Of a stretch of 64,000 bases of DNA, positions 27,322 to 39,081 are shown piece after piece; positions within the stretch are counted from its first letter, which is position 1, and each line of letters starts with the position of its first letter. The notes beneath the pieces are model-generated. The model was not told where the DNA came from. It was given only the letters and a program-made list of their open reading frames with translations, and searched no databases. Location of the stretch: positions 16,926,001 to 16,990,000 of the forward strand of contig NC_082736.1 in NCBI RefSeq assembly GCF_030144855.1, written 5' to 3'. Origin of the DNA: Hypanus sabinus (lineage: Eukaryota). Both the position numbers and the translations under genes were made by a program.

Positions 27322-28030
27322 CCGAGCATCCAGTTTCAGAGGGAGGTGCAGAGGGTCAGGCTCTGTAGCTATTTTATCAGGACTGTAGGAATGACGGTGT
27401 TAAATGCTGAGCTCTCGTCAACAAACAGCATCCTGACATAGGCATTCGCATTGCCCAGGTGATCCAATGCTGTCCGGAGAGCCATTGAGATTGCATTGAC
27501 TGCAGACATATTGTATCGATAGGCAAATTGCAGTGGGTCCAGGTCCTTCCTGGGACAGGTGTTAATTCTATCCATGGCCAACCTCTCAAAGCATTTTGTA
27601 ACTATAGATGTGAGAGCTACTGTACATTAGTTGTTGAGGCAACTCACACTAACCTTCTTGGGTACGGGAGCAGTTGTTGCCCTTTTGAAGCAGGTCAGAA
27701 ATTCTGACTGTAGCTGTGAGATTGAAAATGTCTCTGACCACTTCCACCAGTAGGTTTTCAGAGCCTTACCAGGTATTCCGTCAGGCCCCGCTGCCCTGCG
27801 AGGGTTCAGCCTCTTGAAAGACAGCCTGATGTCAGCCTCCAAGACAGAGATCACAGGGTCACCAGACGCTGCACCTATCCTCATAGCTGTGGTTTTACTC
27901 TCCCTTTAAAAGCAAGCATAAAAGTGGTCAAGCTTATCTGGTTGTGAAGCATCACTGCCATTCATGCTGTTGGGTTTGCTTTGCAGGACGTAATGGCTGG
28001 AAAACCTGCCAGAGTTGACGTGCATCTGAT
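27322..28030 (-). mobile_element. Rex1/Babar-like LINE RT fragment
   Basis: RAAGPDGIPG, LDPLQFAYR, AYVRMLFVD.SSAFNTVIP. Confidence 0.8.
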
Positions 28031-28102
28031 GTAGAGAATGTTGGAAATTCTTTACTCCGGTGGGCATGAAGTCTGGATCAATGGAGGGGTTTAAAGATGA
28101 GG

Positions 28103-28185
28103 GGGTAGCATCGTAGTTAGTGCAGTGGTTACAGTACCAGCGACCTGGGTTTAATTCCCACTGTTGTCAGTCAGAAGTGCAGTTC
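28103..28185 (+). mobile_element. tRNA-derived SINE head, degenerate
   Basis: A-box-like TAGTGCAGTGG and B-box-like GGGTTTAATTCC without a cloverleaf. Confidence 0.5.
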
Positions 28186-28535
28186 TCATCTGAGGTTCAC
28201 TGCCTGCTGGGGCTGTGGGAATGAATAAACAGGGCATTCAAAGGGGAATTTGTCAGATCCTCCAGTGTCAGGAATAGACTCAATGGGTCAGATGATCTCC
28301 TCTTGTGGTTCCAAACACTCCCCTCACCTCCAACCAATGTTTAAAGTCCATGGTCAACAAAGTTAGTTTGTGTAATAAAGACACTCTTCAGTAAAAGCAG
28401 TGATACTATTCCAAGCAAACTGAGCTGCCAGTGCACAGCACCGGCCAGTGAGGACACAGACCAGTGCAACACCCAGCTCTCTAATGGAGATTTAATAAAA
28501 CACAATACTGATAACCCAGTGCTGGACAATCCAGC

Positions 28536-28812
28536 ATTTCACTGTGACTCTGACCTTCAATCATCATTCCTCTATCTATGGTATTTCACTGTAAACATAA
28601 CCTACAATCATCATTCCTCTATCTACGGTATTTTACTGTAAATATGACCTACAATCATCATTTCCCCATTTACACCATTTCACTGTAACTATGACCTACA
28701 ATCATCATTTCTCTATCTACACCATTTCACTGTAAATATGACCTACAAACATCATTTCCCCATCTACTCCATTTCACTGTAACTATGACCAATAAACATC
28801 ATTTCCCCATCT
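28536..28812. repeat. 47-bp minisatellite, about 6 copies
   Basis: Unit ATTTCACTGTAACTATGACCTACAATCATCATTTCTCTATCTACACC. Confidence 0.9.
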
Positions 28813-29759
28813 TCATAATTTTGTATACCTCTATCTAATCTCCCCACAACATTCTACATTCCAAGGAATAAAATCCTAACCTATTGATCTTTCCGGAGAA
28901 GTCAGGTCATTAAGTCGCAGGAACATCCTTGGAAATTTTCTCTGTACTCTTTCAAGCTTGTTTTCATCTTTCTTGTGGGTTACTGACCCACAATATTCCA
29001 AATATTCCAAACACAATATTCCAAGTTAGGCCTCACCAATGTCTTATCCAACTTGTACCATGTGCCTCAGCTCAGATGATTCTATCTATGTGTGATGCCA
29101 CTTACTGGGAATTATGAATCTGTGTTCCCAGATCCCTCAGCTCCACTGCGCTTTTCAGTGCCTGACTGCTCATCATGTAAGACCTCCCTTGGTTTGTCCT
29201 CCCAAAGTGCAACACTTCACACTTGTCAGCATTAAATTCCAGCTGCTCCGTATCGTGATGCAAGCTTTGAGCATCTTCCCTATGTCACAACCCTCCAGCC
29301 AGAGAGGCAATCATCTACAACCACTCTCCAACCTAACGCCGAATCCAATTTACTACTTCATCTTGAATGCAAAGTGCCTGAAACTTCTTGACCAACCACC
29401 CATGAGACCTTGCTAAAGTCCATGTAGACTACATCCACTGCCTTGCATTCATCAACGTTCCTAGTAACATCCTCAAAAAATCTACAAGACTAGTAAGACA
29501 TGATGTACCATGCACAAAGCTATATTAGTTATTCCCAATCAGTCCCTGTTATTCCAAATAATTATACCTATACTTGCTTAGAATACTTTCCAGTAAACTC
29601 CCCACAGCTGATGTTAGGCTCACTCGCCTACAATTCCTCAACTTATTCTCAGACAATTCCTTAAGCACCAGAGCTGCATCAGGGAGGATGTGGAAACAAT
29701 AGAAAGGGCGCAGAGGAGATTTACAAGGATGTTAGCTGGATTAGGGAGCATGCCTTATG

Positions 29760-30085
29760 ACACCGCCCTGAGCGATAGTCACCCCTCCCAGCAGCTTGTT
29801 GAGCTCCTCGTCATTACGGACGGCCAGCTGCAGGTGCTGGGGGATGATGCGGGTCTTCTTATTGTCCCGGGCCACGTTGCCCACCAATTCGAGGATTTCG
29901 GCTGTCAGATACTCGAGCACAGTAGCCAGATAGACCGGGGCTCCAGCTCCCACCCGCTCAGCATAGTTGCCCTTTCTTAGGAGTCTGTGAACCTGGCCGA
30001 CCGGGAATTGCAGTCCAGCCCGAGACGAGTGAGATTTGGCCTTGGACCGAGCTTTGCCAACGCCGCTTTTTCCATGTCCAGACAT
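29760..30085 (-). pseudogene. H2A: Histone H2A pseudogene, 3'-truncated by a CR1 fragment
   Basis: [36 protein letters not shown]...VTIAQGGV, then runs into CR1 sequence. Several R>H/Q and A>T/V changes are typical of CpG decay. TATA (about 30156-30164) and CCAAT (about 30197) remain; no stem-loop. Confidence 0.92.
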
Positions 30086-30201
30086 TTCCACAATCACAGC
30101 AACTGCTAACTTCAAACGAGAAGGAAGGAATGTTTACCCCACCCCCAACTCGCCCTTTTTATATCTTCTTTGAGAATACAAACTCAAAAGTTTGTGATTG
30201 G

Positions 30202-30461
30202 CTCCAAGATATCGTTGACAAACGAGTTCATGATGCTCATGGCCTTGGAGGAGATGCCAGTATCGGGGTGAACCTGCTTCATCACTTTGTAGACGTAAAT
30301 GGAGTAACTCTCCTTCCTCAGCCTCTTGCGTTTCTTCCCTGCCTTACCCGTTGGTTTGGGCAAAGCTTTCTTGGTGCCCTTCTTCGGAGAATGTGGAGTT
30401 CATTCTGTATCTGTCACTCTCTGGTAGTGTGAGAGTGTGGGGTTCATTCTGGCTCAGGCAT
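30202..30461 (-). pseudogene. H2B: Histone H2B pseudogene (5' half; minisatellite insertion after codon 4)
   Basis: ATG CCT GAG CCA at 30461, a 60-bp insertion, then [60 protein letters not shown] fused to the H2A promoter. The upstream region is homologous to the intact H2B promoter. Confidence 0.9.
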
Positions 30462-31168
30462 TTTGTCTATCGGTTTCAGACCCGGAAATAAGCAGAACTG
30501 GCCGGGAGCCCGAATTAAAAGGCAGCGCCCAAAACAGTATGCTAATGAGGGATGGGAATGCTTTGGATTCCCAATGGGCATTTGAAGAACCGATTCATGC
30601 AGTCAAATCATTTGATTGCCTATCTGAAGGAACAGCACAACCAACCAGAACACTCTCCACTGTCCATTGTTTGTTTGGGTAACACCGTGGACTGGGAACT
30701 GGCAGTGATCTGGTGAGTTGCCGCTGCCGGTTAATTTGGCAGGAAGGAATTCTAAAATACAAAATGGGCATAAAGTACAGGTGCAGTTTTTGGCCATTCG
30801 ACCTATGGTGTCTGCTAGAAAAGCAGATGGAATGAGAAAAACACACACTTGATAATATGAAACATTTACGTAATGAAACATAGCAGCAGGAGATCGAAGG
30901 TCCAATTGTCAGCATGAGAGACCCATTTCGGAGTGAGTGTGAAAGCCGTTTATTGTCATATGAAACTGGCTTCCAGCAGATTCAGAAAAACACAGTATCA
31001 GAGACACAACATTCACAAAATAAAAACTAATTTTACAGAATTATAAAGAAGCAACAAAATTTCAACAAGAGCCCATTGCAGTGTAAAATGGTCAAAGCGG
31101 TGCTACTGAGGTGGTGATGAGGGTTGTCCAGGTTTGTTAAACAACAGATTGTCTCTATCCGTCTGAAT

Positions 31169-31452
31169 CTGGTACAGTGTGAGAGTGTGGGGTTCATTCT
31201 GTATCTGTCAGTCTCTGGTACAGTGTGAGAGTGTGGGGTTCATTCTGTTTCTGTCAGTCTCTGGTAGTGTGAGAGTGGGGGTTCATTCTGTATCTGTCAG
31301 TCTCTGGTACAGTGCGAGAGTGTAGGGTTCATTCTGTATCTGTCAGTCTCTGGTACAGTGTGAGAGTGTGGGGTTCATTCTGTATCTGTCACTCTCTGGT
31401 AGTGCAAGAGTGTGGGGTTCATTCTGTATCTGTCAGTCTCCGGTACTGTGAG
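31169..31452. repeat. 46-bp minisatellite, about 6 copies
   Basis: Unit CTGGTACAGTGTGAGAGTGTGGGGTTCATTCTGTATCTGTCAGTCT. Confidence 0.92.
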
Positions 31453-31574
31453 GGAGTTGGACCTCACCCTGTATCTTCCAATCTCTCATGCAGTGTAAAT
31501 GGATAAAATTCTTCCAGATTCATTCTTACAGTTGAACTCTTTGATTAAATCAAGTTTGCTTTTTAAATAAAATC

Positions 31575-32030
31575 GATGAGGCCACACTTAGCTTGGAAGA
31601 ACAACATTTTCTGTCTGGGTAGCTTCAAACTGATAGCATGAACATCAAATTCTTAAACGTCTGGTAATGCCCCCCTCACCAATTCCCCTCCCATTTTTCT
31701 TCTCTCACCTTCACCACCCATCACCTCCCCCGTAAGCTCCTCCCACCTTTTCTTTCTTCCATGGCCTTCTATCTCTTTCACCAATCAACTTCCCAGCTCT
31801 TTACTTCATTCCTTCCTTTCAGGATTCACCTATCACCTTGTTTTCTTGCTCCCTTACCCCCACCTTTTAACTCTACTCCTTGTCTGTTTGTCTCTAGTCT
31901 TGCCAAATGTTTTTGGACCGAAACATTGACTGTATTTTTTGTCCTACAGCTGTTGCCTGGCCTGATGTGTTCCTTCAGCATTTTGTGTGTTGCTTGGATT
32001 TCCAGAAACTACAGATTTTCTCTTGTTTGT
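31575..32030 (+). mobile_element. Penelope-like 3' fragment
   Basis: LEEQH-like coding sequence, pyrimidine tract and terminal repeat homologous to other copies. Confidence 0.7.
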
Positions 32031-32544
32031 GACACAATGTTGTATATTGGTATCTCGGGGATGATGTATCTAGTTACATAGAACTACTCTGAATGGACTT
32101 TGCAGCAGAGCATCCAGAGCAATAAGACCAGACCATCGAATCCATATCTGGTCTTGTGATAAATATGTAACTTTCCTCGAGTCTCTGTGTGGGGGGGTTT
32201 GAATGGTGTGTGTTGTAGCAACATTCGGGCTGATGGAATTGAGAATGATTTTGACTGTGGATGTGTAACCAGTGTGTCCACAGTGATCAGTGATGGGGCC
32301 TCTGTCTGATCAGATTAAAACACATACAAGCTGATCAGATTACTGATGACATGAATGTTGGTGCAGTTGTGGATGGTGAGGAAGGTTGTCAAACGGACAG
32401 AACTGGATGCAGACCAGTTGGAAACCTCGATGGTGAAATGGGGACAGAGTTTAATCTGGACAAGTGTGAGGAGGTTTATTGGTCCAATATTGGAGGAAAC
32501 TCCACAGTAAATGGCAGCACCCTTAGAGGCACTGATATACATAT

Positions 32545-33030
32545 AGAACATAGAATATAGAATAGCACAGCACATTACAGGCCCTTCGGCCCACAATGTT
32601 GTTCCGACCTTCAAACCCTGCCTCTCATATAACCCCCCCCCCCACATTAAATCCCTCCATATACCTGTCTAGTAGTCTCTTAAACTTCACTGGTGTATCT
32701 GCTTCCACCACTGACTCAGGCAGTGTATTCCATGCACCAACTACTCTCTGAGTTAAGAACCTTCTTCTAATATCCCCCTTGAACTTCCCTCTCCTCACCT
32801 TAAACCCATGGCCTCTTGTACCGAGCAGTTGTACCCTGGGGAAGAGGCGCTGGGTGTCCACTCTGTCTATTCCTCTTAATATCTTGTACACCCCTATCAT
32901 GTCTCCTCTCATCCTCCGTCTCTCCAAAGAGTAAAGCCCTAGCTCCCTTAATCTCTGATCATAATCCATACTCTATAAACTAGGCAGCATCCTGGTAAAT
33001 CTCCTCTGTACCCTTTCCAATGCTTCCACA
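32545..33030 (-). mobile_element. CR1 3' fragment
   Basis: LRELGLYSLERRRMRGDMI...FLTQRVVGAWN; tail repeat (ATAGAAC/T on the + strand). Confidence 0.85.
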
Positions 33031-33772
33031 CACTGAGGTATCTTGATGTGTTTGTCCCTATCATCCTGCAAGTGACATTGAAAGGAAATAAACTGCTATA
33101 AGGATCACAGAGGACTGGGGGCGGGGAGGGGTGTCTGTGTAGATTAATGTAATTGGTGGAAACATGCCAAATTAACAACCACCAACATTGAGTTGCGTTT
33201 CTCTTTAAAAGGCTGGACAGATGTTATGATGTAATTACGTGATTTTTTTAAAAACCGTGCTTTGTTTCTGTGTTTGGAGGGCAATACACGAGTTGTTATA
33301 GTTGTCAAACATAAAACGCCTCATGCCATTTTATTTGTAAAAACCCACAATAACATACTGGGCACCAGTAGCATTCACACCACAAGAATACCGCAGTGTC
33401 AGTCTGCAACGAGGAAGCCCAATCACATTCTCTTCAGATTCAATGGCATTGCTGACTCCGAGTTTACCACCGTCAAATGCCAACAAATGTGTGTTCTTAG
33501 TAGGTCTGTGGGAGATACACTGGATGTGAAGCTGTACTAATGGGGAGAGGCAAACTGAGCCAAGTCACAGCTTGATGAAGGGCAGAGAGGAAAACAGAGA
33601 ATCTGATGTTGTGTCCTTATGCCTGAACTATTCCCAGTTAGAAGTGTTGATCCACCAAACTGTGTTCAGCCTCACTGTAACAGTGTGACATCAGACATCA
33701 ATGAAAAAACTAAATAATCTCAGCTGAAATGTTGTCTTTCACCTGTTGGTCTTCTTTGCAAACATTTTACAG

Positions 33773-34420
33773 GGTAGAAAAGGCAAAGAATTTATGTCTG
33801 AGAATCTCAAACACAACAGTGAGTCTGTACTCTTGTGTTTGTCAGTTCCCCAACATTCGAATGCTACTAATCATTGAATGTGAAGGAGGAGATGGTTGAG
33901 AAGACAGCACACCAGTCTGAGTAAGGAGAACCCCAATACGTGGACATGTCCTTGATCTGGCCTGATAAATGGCCTGAGAGTTGATACCACTGAGCTGACA
34001 TTCACTGCCTCTCATTTTGCAAGGGATTCACCAGGCCACTGAACCTGCAGATACACCAGCCAGTTCACACGGGGAGAGGGCATTTACCTGCTCCATGTGT
34101 GGGATGGGATTCATTCAGTCACATGAGCTCTTACACCATCAGCCGGGTCACACCGGTGAGCAGCTAGACTTGGTATTGTCTCTCAGTATCGCTTCACACC
34201 TGTTCCAAGTGTGGGAGGAGATTCAATCAGTTCACCCATTTTGTGAGGCTCCAGCGAGTTTATAATACATAGAGGACACACTTCAGTCTTGTGACAGCAA
34301 AGAAATTTACTCAGTCATCTCACCTGCTGAAACACTGGCAAGAGGGCATTTACCTGCTCCATGTGTGGGATGGGATTCATTCAGTCACATGAGCTCTTAC
34401 ACTGGCAACTTCACATCAGG
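33773..34420 (+). pseudogene. C2H2 zinc-finger gene terminal exon, pseudogenised
   Basis: KGFTRPLNLQIHQPVHT[frameshift]ERAFTCSMCGMGFIQSHELLHHQPGHTGE plus further broken fingers. Candidate acceptor TTTTACAG at 33765-33772. Confidence 0.8.
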
Positions 34421-34949
34421 GAGGAAGTTGAAATAAGCTCTAGGTGAACATTTTAACCATCATGGTGACTGAATCTAGTTGGAAGTTCATGGGAGGCTGT
34501 TAATGTCAGATTCTGCAGATATTGTGACTGATCACTGGTCACTGAACATTGGAGGGTTTGTTCTGCTAATGTTAGTCTTAAAATACACTGGTGTTAATAT
34601 TGTGGATCTCTGATAAATTAATCAGATCTATTTCAATTCCTGTGTCCCAGGTGCTGCCTGCCTATCACACAGCTAATGTACAGCAGAGAGGCCACTCAGT
34701 CTATCTGGTACCTGCTCATGTTCCTATTCCACACCAGAGATTTTAACTCCATCCCTGCATTTCACCTCTTACTCACCCTATAATATTCAGGTTGCAACTG
34801 CTCAGTCTGTGACTGAAGAGGTTTACTTTGAGTTAAATCCGTAACTGTTTGGAAACTGCAGAAGATGAATTCACTCGGGTTTTGTCCCAAATAGTCTTCA
34901 TTCCTCAGAGCTCTGGACCAAGGATGAAGCCGTGTGTGATTAAAATCTT

Positions 34950-36465
34950 TCTAGAACATAGAAAACCTACAGCACAATACAGGCACTTCGGCCAATAAAG
35001 TTGTGCTGAACATGTCCCTACCCCAGAAATTACTAGGCTTACCCATGTCCCTTTATTTTCCTAAGTTCCTTGTACCTATCCAAAAGTCTCTTAAAAGACC
35101 CTATCATATCTTCCTTCACCACCGTTGCCGGCAGCACATTCCACACACTCACCACTCTCTGAGTAAAAAACGTAACCTTGACATCTCCTCTGTACCTACT
35201 CCCCTGCACCTTAAACCTGTGTCCTCTTGTGGCAACCATTTCAGCCCTGGGAAAAAGACTCTGACTATCCACATGATCAATGACTCTCAACATCTTATAC
35301 ACCTCTGTCATGTCACCTCTCATCCTCCGTCGCTCCAAGGAGAAAAGGCTGAGTTCACTCAACCTGTCCTCATAAGACATGCTCCCCAATCCAGGCAACA
35401 TCCTCAATCTCCTTTGCACCCTTTCTATGGGTTCCACATCCTTCCTGTCGTGAGGAAAGCTCAGCACTGCACTCCAAGAGGGGTCTGACCAGGGTCCTCT
35501 CTATCTGCAATATTAGCTCTCGGTTTCTAAATTCAATTCCACTTTTGATGAAGGCCAATACACCTTATTAACCTTTTAGCCTTATTAACCACTGAGTCAA
35601 CCTGCACAACTGCTTTCAGCATCCTATGGACTTGGACCTCAAGATCCCTCTAATCCTCCACACTGCCAAGAGCCATACTATTAATACTATATTCTGCCAT
35701 TATATTTGAGCAAGCAAAATGAACCACTTCACACTTATTTGGGTTGAGTTCCATCTGCCACTTCTCAGCCTCGTCGTGCATCCTATCAAAGTCCCGCTGT
35801 AACCTCAGATAGCCTTCCATACTATCCACAACACCTCCAACCTTAGAGTCATTAGCAAACTTACTAACCCATCCCTCCACTTCCCCATCCATATCATTTA
35901 TAAAAATCTCAAAAAGTAAGGGTCACAGAACAGATCCCTGAGGCAATGCACTGGTGACCAACTTCCATGCAGAATACAACCGGTATACAACCACACTTTG
36001 CCTTCTGTGGGCAAGCCAGTTCTCAATCTACAAAGCAATTTCCCCTTGGATCCCATGCCTCCTTACTTTCTCAATAAGCCTTGCATGGGATACCTTAGCA
36101 AATGTCTTGCTGAAATCCATTTACACTATATCTACTGTTCTTCTTTCAGCGATATGTTTAGTCACATTCTCTAAAAATTCAATCAGGCTCGTAAGGCACA
36201 TCCTGCCCTTGACAAAGCCATGCTGACAACTCCTCATCATATTATACCTCTCCAAATGTTCATAAATCCTGCCTCTTATTATCTTCTCCATCAACTTAAC
36301 AAACACTGAGTTAAGACTCACTGGTGTATAATTTTCTGGTCTACCTCTACTCCCTTTCTTGAATAAGGAAACAACATTCGCAACCCTCCAGTCGTCTGGA
36401 CCCTCTCCCATCCCTACCGATAATGCAAAGATCATCGCCAGAGGCTGAACAATCTCCTCCCTCGC
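34950..36465 (-). mobile_element. CR1 RT fragment
   Basis: QHGFVKGRMCLTSLIEF, SKFANDSKVGG, ERRRMRGD. Confidence 0.88.
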
Positions 36466-36589
36466 AGGAGTGTGTTACTTTTCAGTTTATTCTGAGCAGC
36501 AGCTGAACCTCGAGTTTCATATCTGCATTTCTAAGTGAGTGGGACTTTGACAATTGTCATACAAAATCCCTGTTGACATTGAGTAATAA

Positions 36590-37100
36590 ATAGGAGAAAA
36601 TCTGCAGATGTTGAAATCCAAGGAACACACACAAAATGCTGGAGAAACTCTGCAGGCCAGGCAGCATCTGTGGATAAAAGTACAGTTGGCATTTTGGGCC
36701 AAAATTCTTCTGCAGGACTGGAGAAAAAAAAAATGAGGAGTAAATTTTAAAGGTGGGGGAGGGGAGAGAGAAACACAAAGTGATAGATGGAGCTGGGAGG
36801 GGGAGAGATGAAGTAAAGAGCTGGGAAGTTGATTGGTGAAAGAGATACAGGGCTGGAGTAGGGGGAGTCTGATAGGAGAGAACAGAAGGCCATGGAAGAA
36901 AGAAAAGTGGGGAGGAACACCCTGGGGAGGTGACGGGCAGGTAACGAGAGGGAAAGGGGGATGGTCAATGATGAGAGAGGGAAGGCATGACCAGAAGATC
37001 AAGAAATCAATGTTCATGCCATCAGATTGGAGGATGCCCAGACAGAATACAAGGTGTTGTTCCTCTTACCTGAGTAGGAGGCCATGGATTGACATTTCCA
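36590..37100 (-). mobile_element. Penelope-like 3' fragment
   Basis: Homologous to 10385-10900. Confidence 0.75.
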
Positions 37101-37199
37101 TTGAGAAAATTTGTTTGTGGAAGCTTGCTGTGTTGAAGTAGATGCTGAGTTTTCTGCATAAAAACATTGACTGCTTTTGGGACATGTGGCATTGAACCA

Positions 37200-37868
37200 G
37201 CACTTGCCCCCTCAAATTAATCCAGTATATTAACAACAGCACGTCACCTCCCTTTTCCAAAATATAATTCAACCACTGTTACCATACATTTTCATCTCCC
37301 ATGACATCCCACTCACTCACTGCAGCCTGAAGGTTTGAAACTGAAGTTAAATTTACAGCAATTTCAGAACTATTATGAATATTAAATCTCATAACTCTCC
37401 CACCAGTAAGACACACATGATGTGAAATATCTCATACTCTTCTACAATCAAACCAGGACCATCATTCTGAGAACAACCCCACAGTGAACTCTATGCATTA
37501 AAATCCCCACAGCATACAACCCTTAGTGAGCCAGAGCAACGTAAACTCTCCAACAAATCAGTCGAAAGCTTTCCACAATGGTTATAATACACCTCTTTAA
37601 TGACGCTACCTGTTGAATCAAATACTTCTCCAAGTGTCTCATGCATTTCATTTACATCCACAACTGTATGCCTTCTCCCTTTCTGTATAAAATTTACAAC
37701 AGCACCTCCTCTATCAACTAATCTATCACGCCTAATTACAATATAATCCTGGAAGGAAGAACTTAAATGTGGTAACAAGCAGGTTTCATGAATACATACA
37801 ACGTCAGATAGATTTGATAAATCAGAAATAAACTTGAAGTCTTGACCAGTAAAAATTTTGGCTTCTGG
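37200..37868 (-). mobile_element. Non-LTR retrotransposon AP-endonuclease fragment (I/Nimb-like)
   Basis: GQDFK..DVVCIHET.L.PHL..YIVIRRDR..RGG.V..FI..G...VVCCGDFNA, the APE motifs. Confidence 0.72.
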
Positions 37869-37869
37869 A

Positions 37870-37970
37870 AATACGCGCAATCACCCCTCTTATGGAGGAA
37901 TATAGCAGGGCGTTTATGATTGGTGAAACAAAATACTCCAATCAGAGAGCTGTTTTATTCACCAATCAAG
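37870..37970 (-). promoter_or_regulatory. Orphan H2A-type promoter (gene absent)
   Basis: CCCTCTTAT...GAATA...TTTATGATTGG matches the layout of the H2A pseudogene promoter (CCCTTTTTAT...GAATA...TTTGTGATTGG). Further CCAAT boxes at about 37938 and 37962. Lies 3' of H2B, as in the pseudogene pair. Confidence 0.6.
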
Positions 37971-38628
37971 ACACAGCAACGGTATAAGCGCGGAAAATAT
38001 CCTCACCGCCGAAATAAACTGAAATTTGCAAAAGACCGCCAAAAAAGCCTTTGTTGCTGAAATTAAACTATAAACAGGTTTGTTTCTCGACCCTTTACCC
38101 CCGTTACTGAAGAACGACACATTTGAACCAAGTGTAGTTAATATTGCGACGGTGTCTGCAGATTTAGTTTTCCGATTTCTTTCAATGGATAAATGATTGG
38201 AATAAAACAGATTTTCAGCTTCAGTTCGCGGATGGACATTGTGTAAACTCAAGTCGGTTTACCAACGCGTAGCTCTTCAGAAAGTGGAGCTTTAACAAAT
38301 GCTCTGTACGAGCCGTGAGTGTTCAGCTCTCGCGTTGGAATGGGGTTAAGAGAGTAACCAAAATGGGACAAAACTTAATGAACTGCATTCTCCACGGTAA
38401 TTAAAACTGAAACAACAATTAGTGCCTTCTTCAGAGAAACCTGATGACCGAGAGGAAATGACGGGGAAGGGGTACGTAACGATTCCGTACCTGTGCAGTA
38501 CGCAGGAATGCAAAAGAAATCGGGATTCTGCTGAATAGTGGACAGCAAGTTCTGAGTAACGGAGATAAGATTCTGAATGAGCGCATCAAAAAATTTTAAA
38601 ATCCTCAAATCCTTGTCTCAATAGTCTG

Positions 38629-38669
38629 TAACTCTTTTAATGAAACCGTGAGTGGCTCTTAAAAGAGCC
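38629..38669 (-). terminator. Histone 3' stem-loop plus HDE (H2B)
   Basis: Minus strand AAA-GGCTCTTTTAAGAGCC-ACTCA (38654-38669), then AAAAGAGTT. Confidence 0.95.
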
Positions 38670-38706
38670 TTTGATTTTCCCGTTTGTTTTGTCAGTAAAC
38701 TTCTCT

Positions 38707-39081
38707 TCACTTGGAGCTGGTGTACTTGGTCACCGCCTTTGTTCCTTCGGACACGGCGTGCTTGGCCAGCTCCCCGGGCAGCAGCAGGCGAACGGCGGTC
38801 TGGATCTCCCGGGAGCTGATGGTGGACCGCTTGTTGTAATGGGCCAGGCGGGAAGCCTCACCCGCGATGCGCTCGAAAATATCATTCACGAATGAATTCA
38901 TGATGCTCATGGCCTTGGAGGAGATGCCGGTGTCGGGGTGAACCTGCTTCATCACTTTGTAGATGTAGATGGCGTAACTCTCCTTCCTCGACTTCTTGCG
39001 CCGCTTGCCAGACTTGCTCGCCGGTTTGGACAGAGCTTTCTTGGAGCCCTTCTTGGGAGCGGGTTTCGGTGGATCAGGCAT
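38707..39081 (-). CDS. H2B: Histone H2B, intact (124 aa)
   Basis: ATG at 39081: [15 protein letters not shown]...[16 protein letters not shown], octamer-like and CCAAT elements upstream; stem-loop downstream. Confidence 0.98.
   Translation of the reverse strand: MPDPPKPAPKKGSKKALSKPASKSGKRRKKSRKESYAIYIYKVMKQVHPDTGISSKAMSIMNSFVNDIFERIAGEASRLAHYNKRSTISSREIQTAVRLLLPGELAKHAVSEGTKAVTKYTSSK

Noticed and set aside
28103-28185. tRNA gene
   Set aside because: A/B-box-like motifs but no acceptor stem or cloverleaf; a SINE head.
28536-31452. 46- and 47-bp tandem arrays as CRISPR-like arrays
   Set aside because: Head-to-tail units with no unique spacers, no cas genes and a vertebrate context; these are minisatellites.
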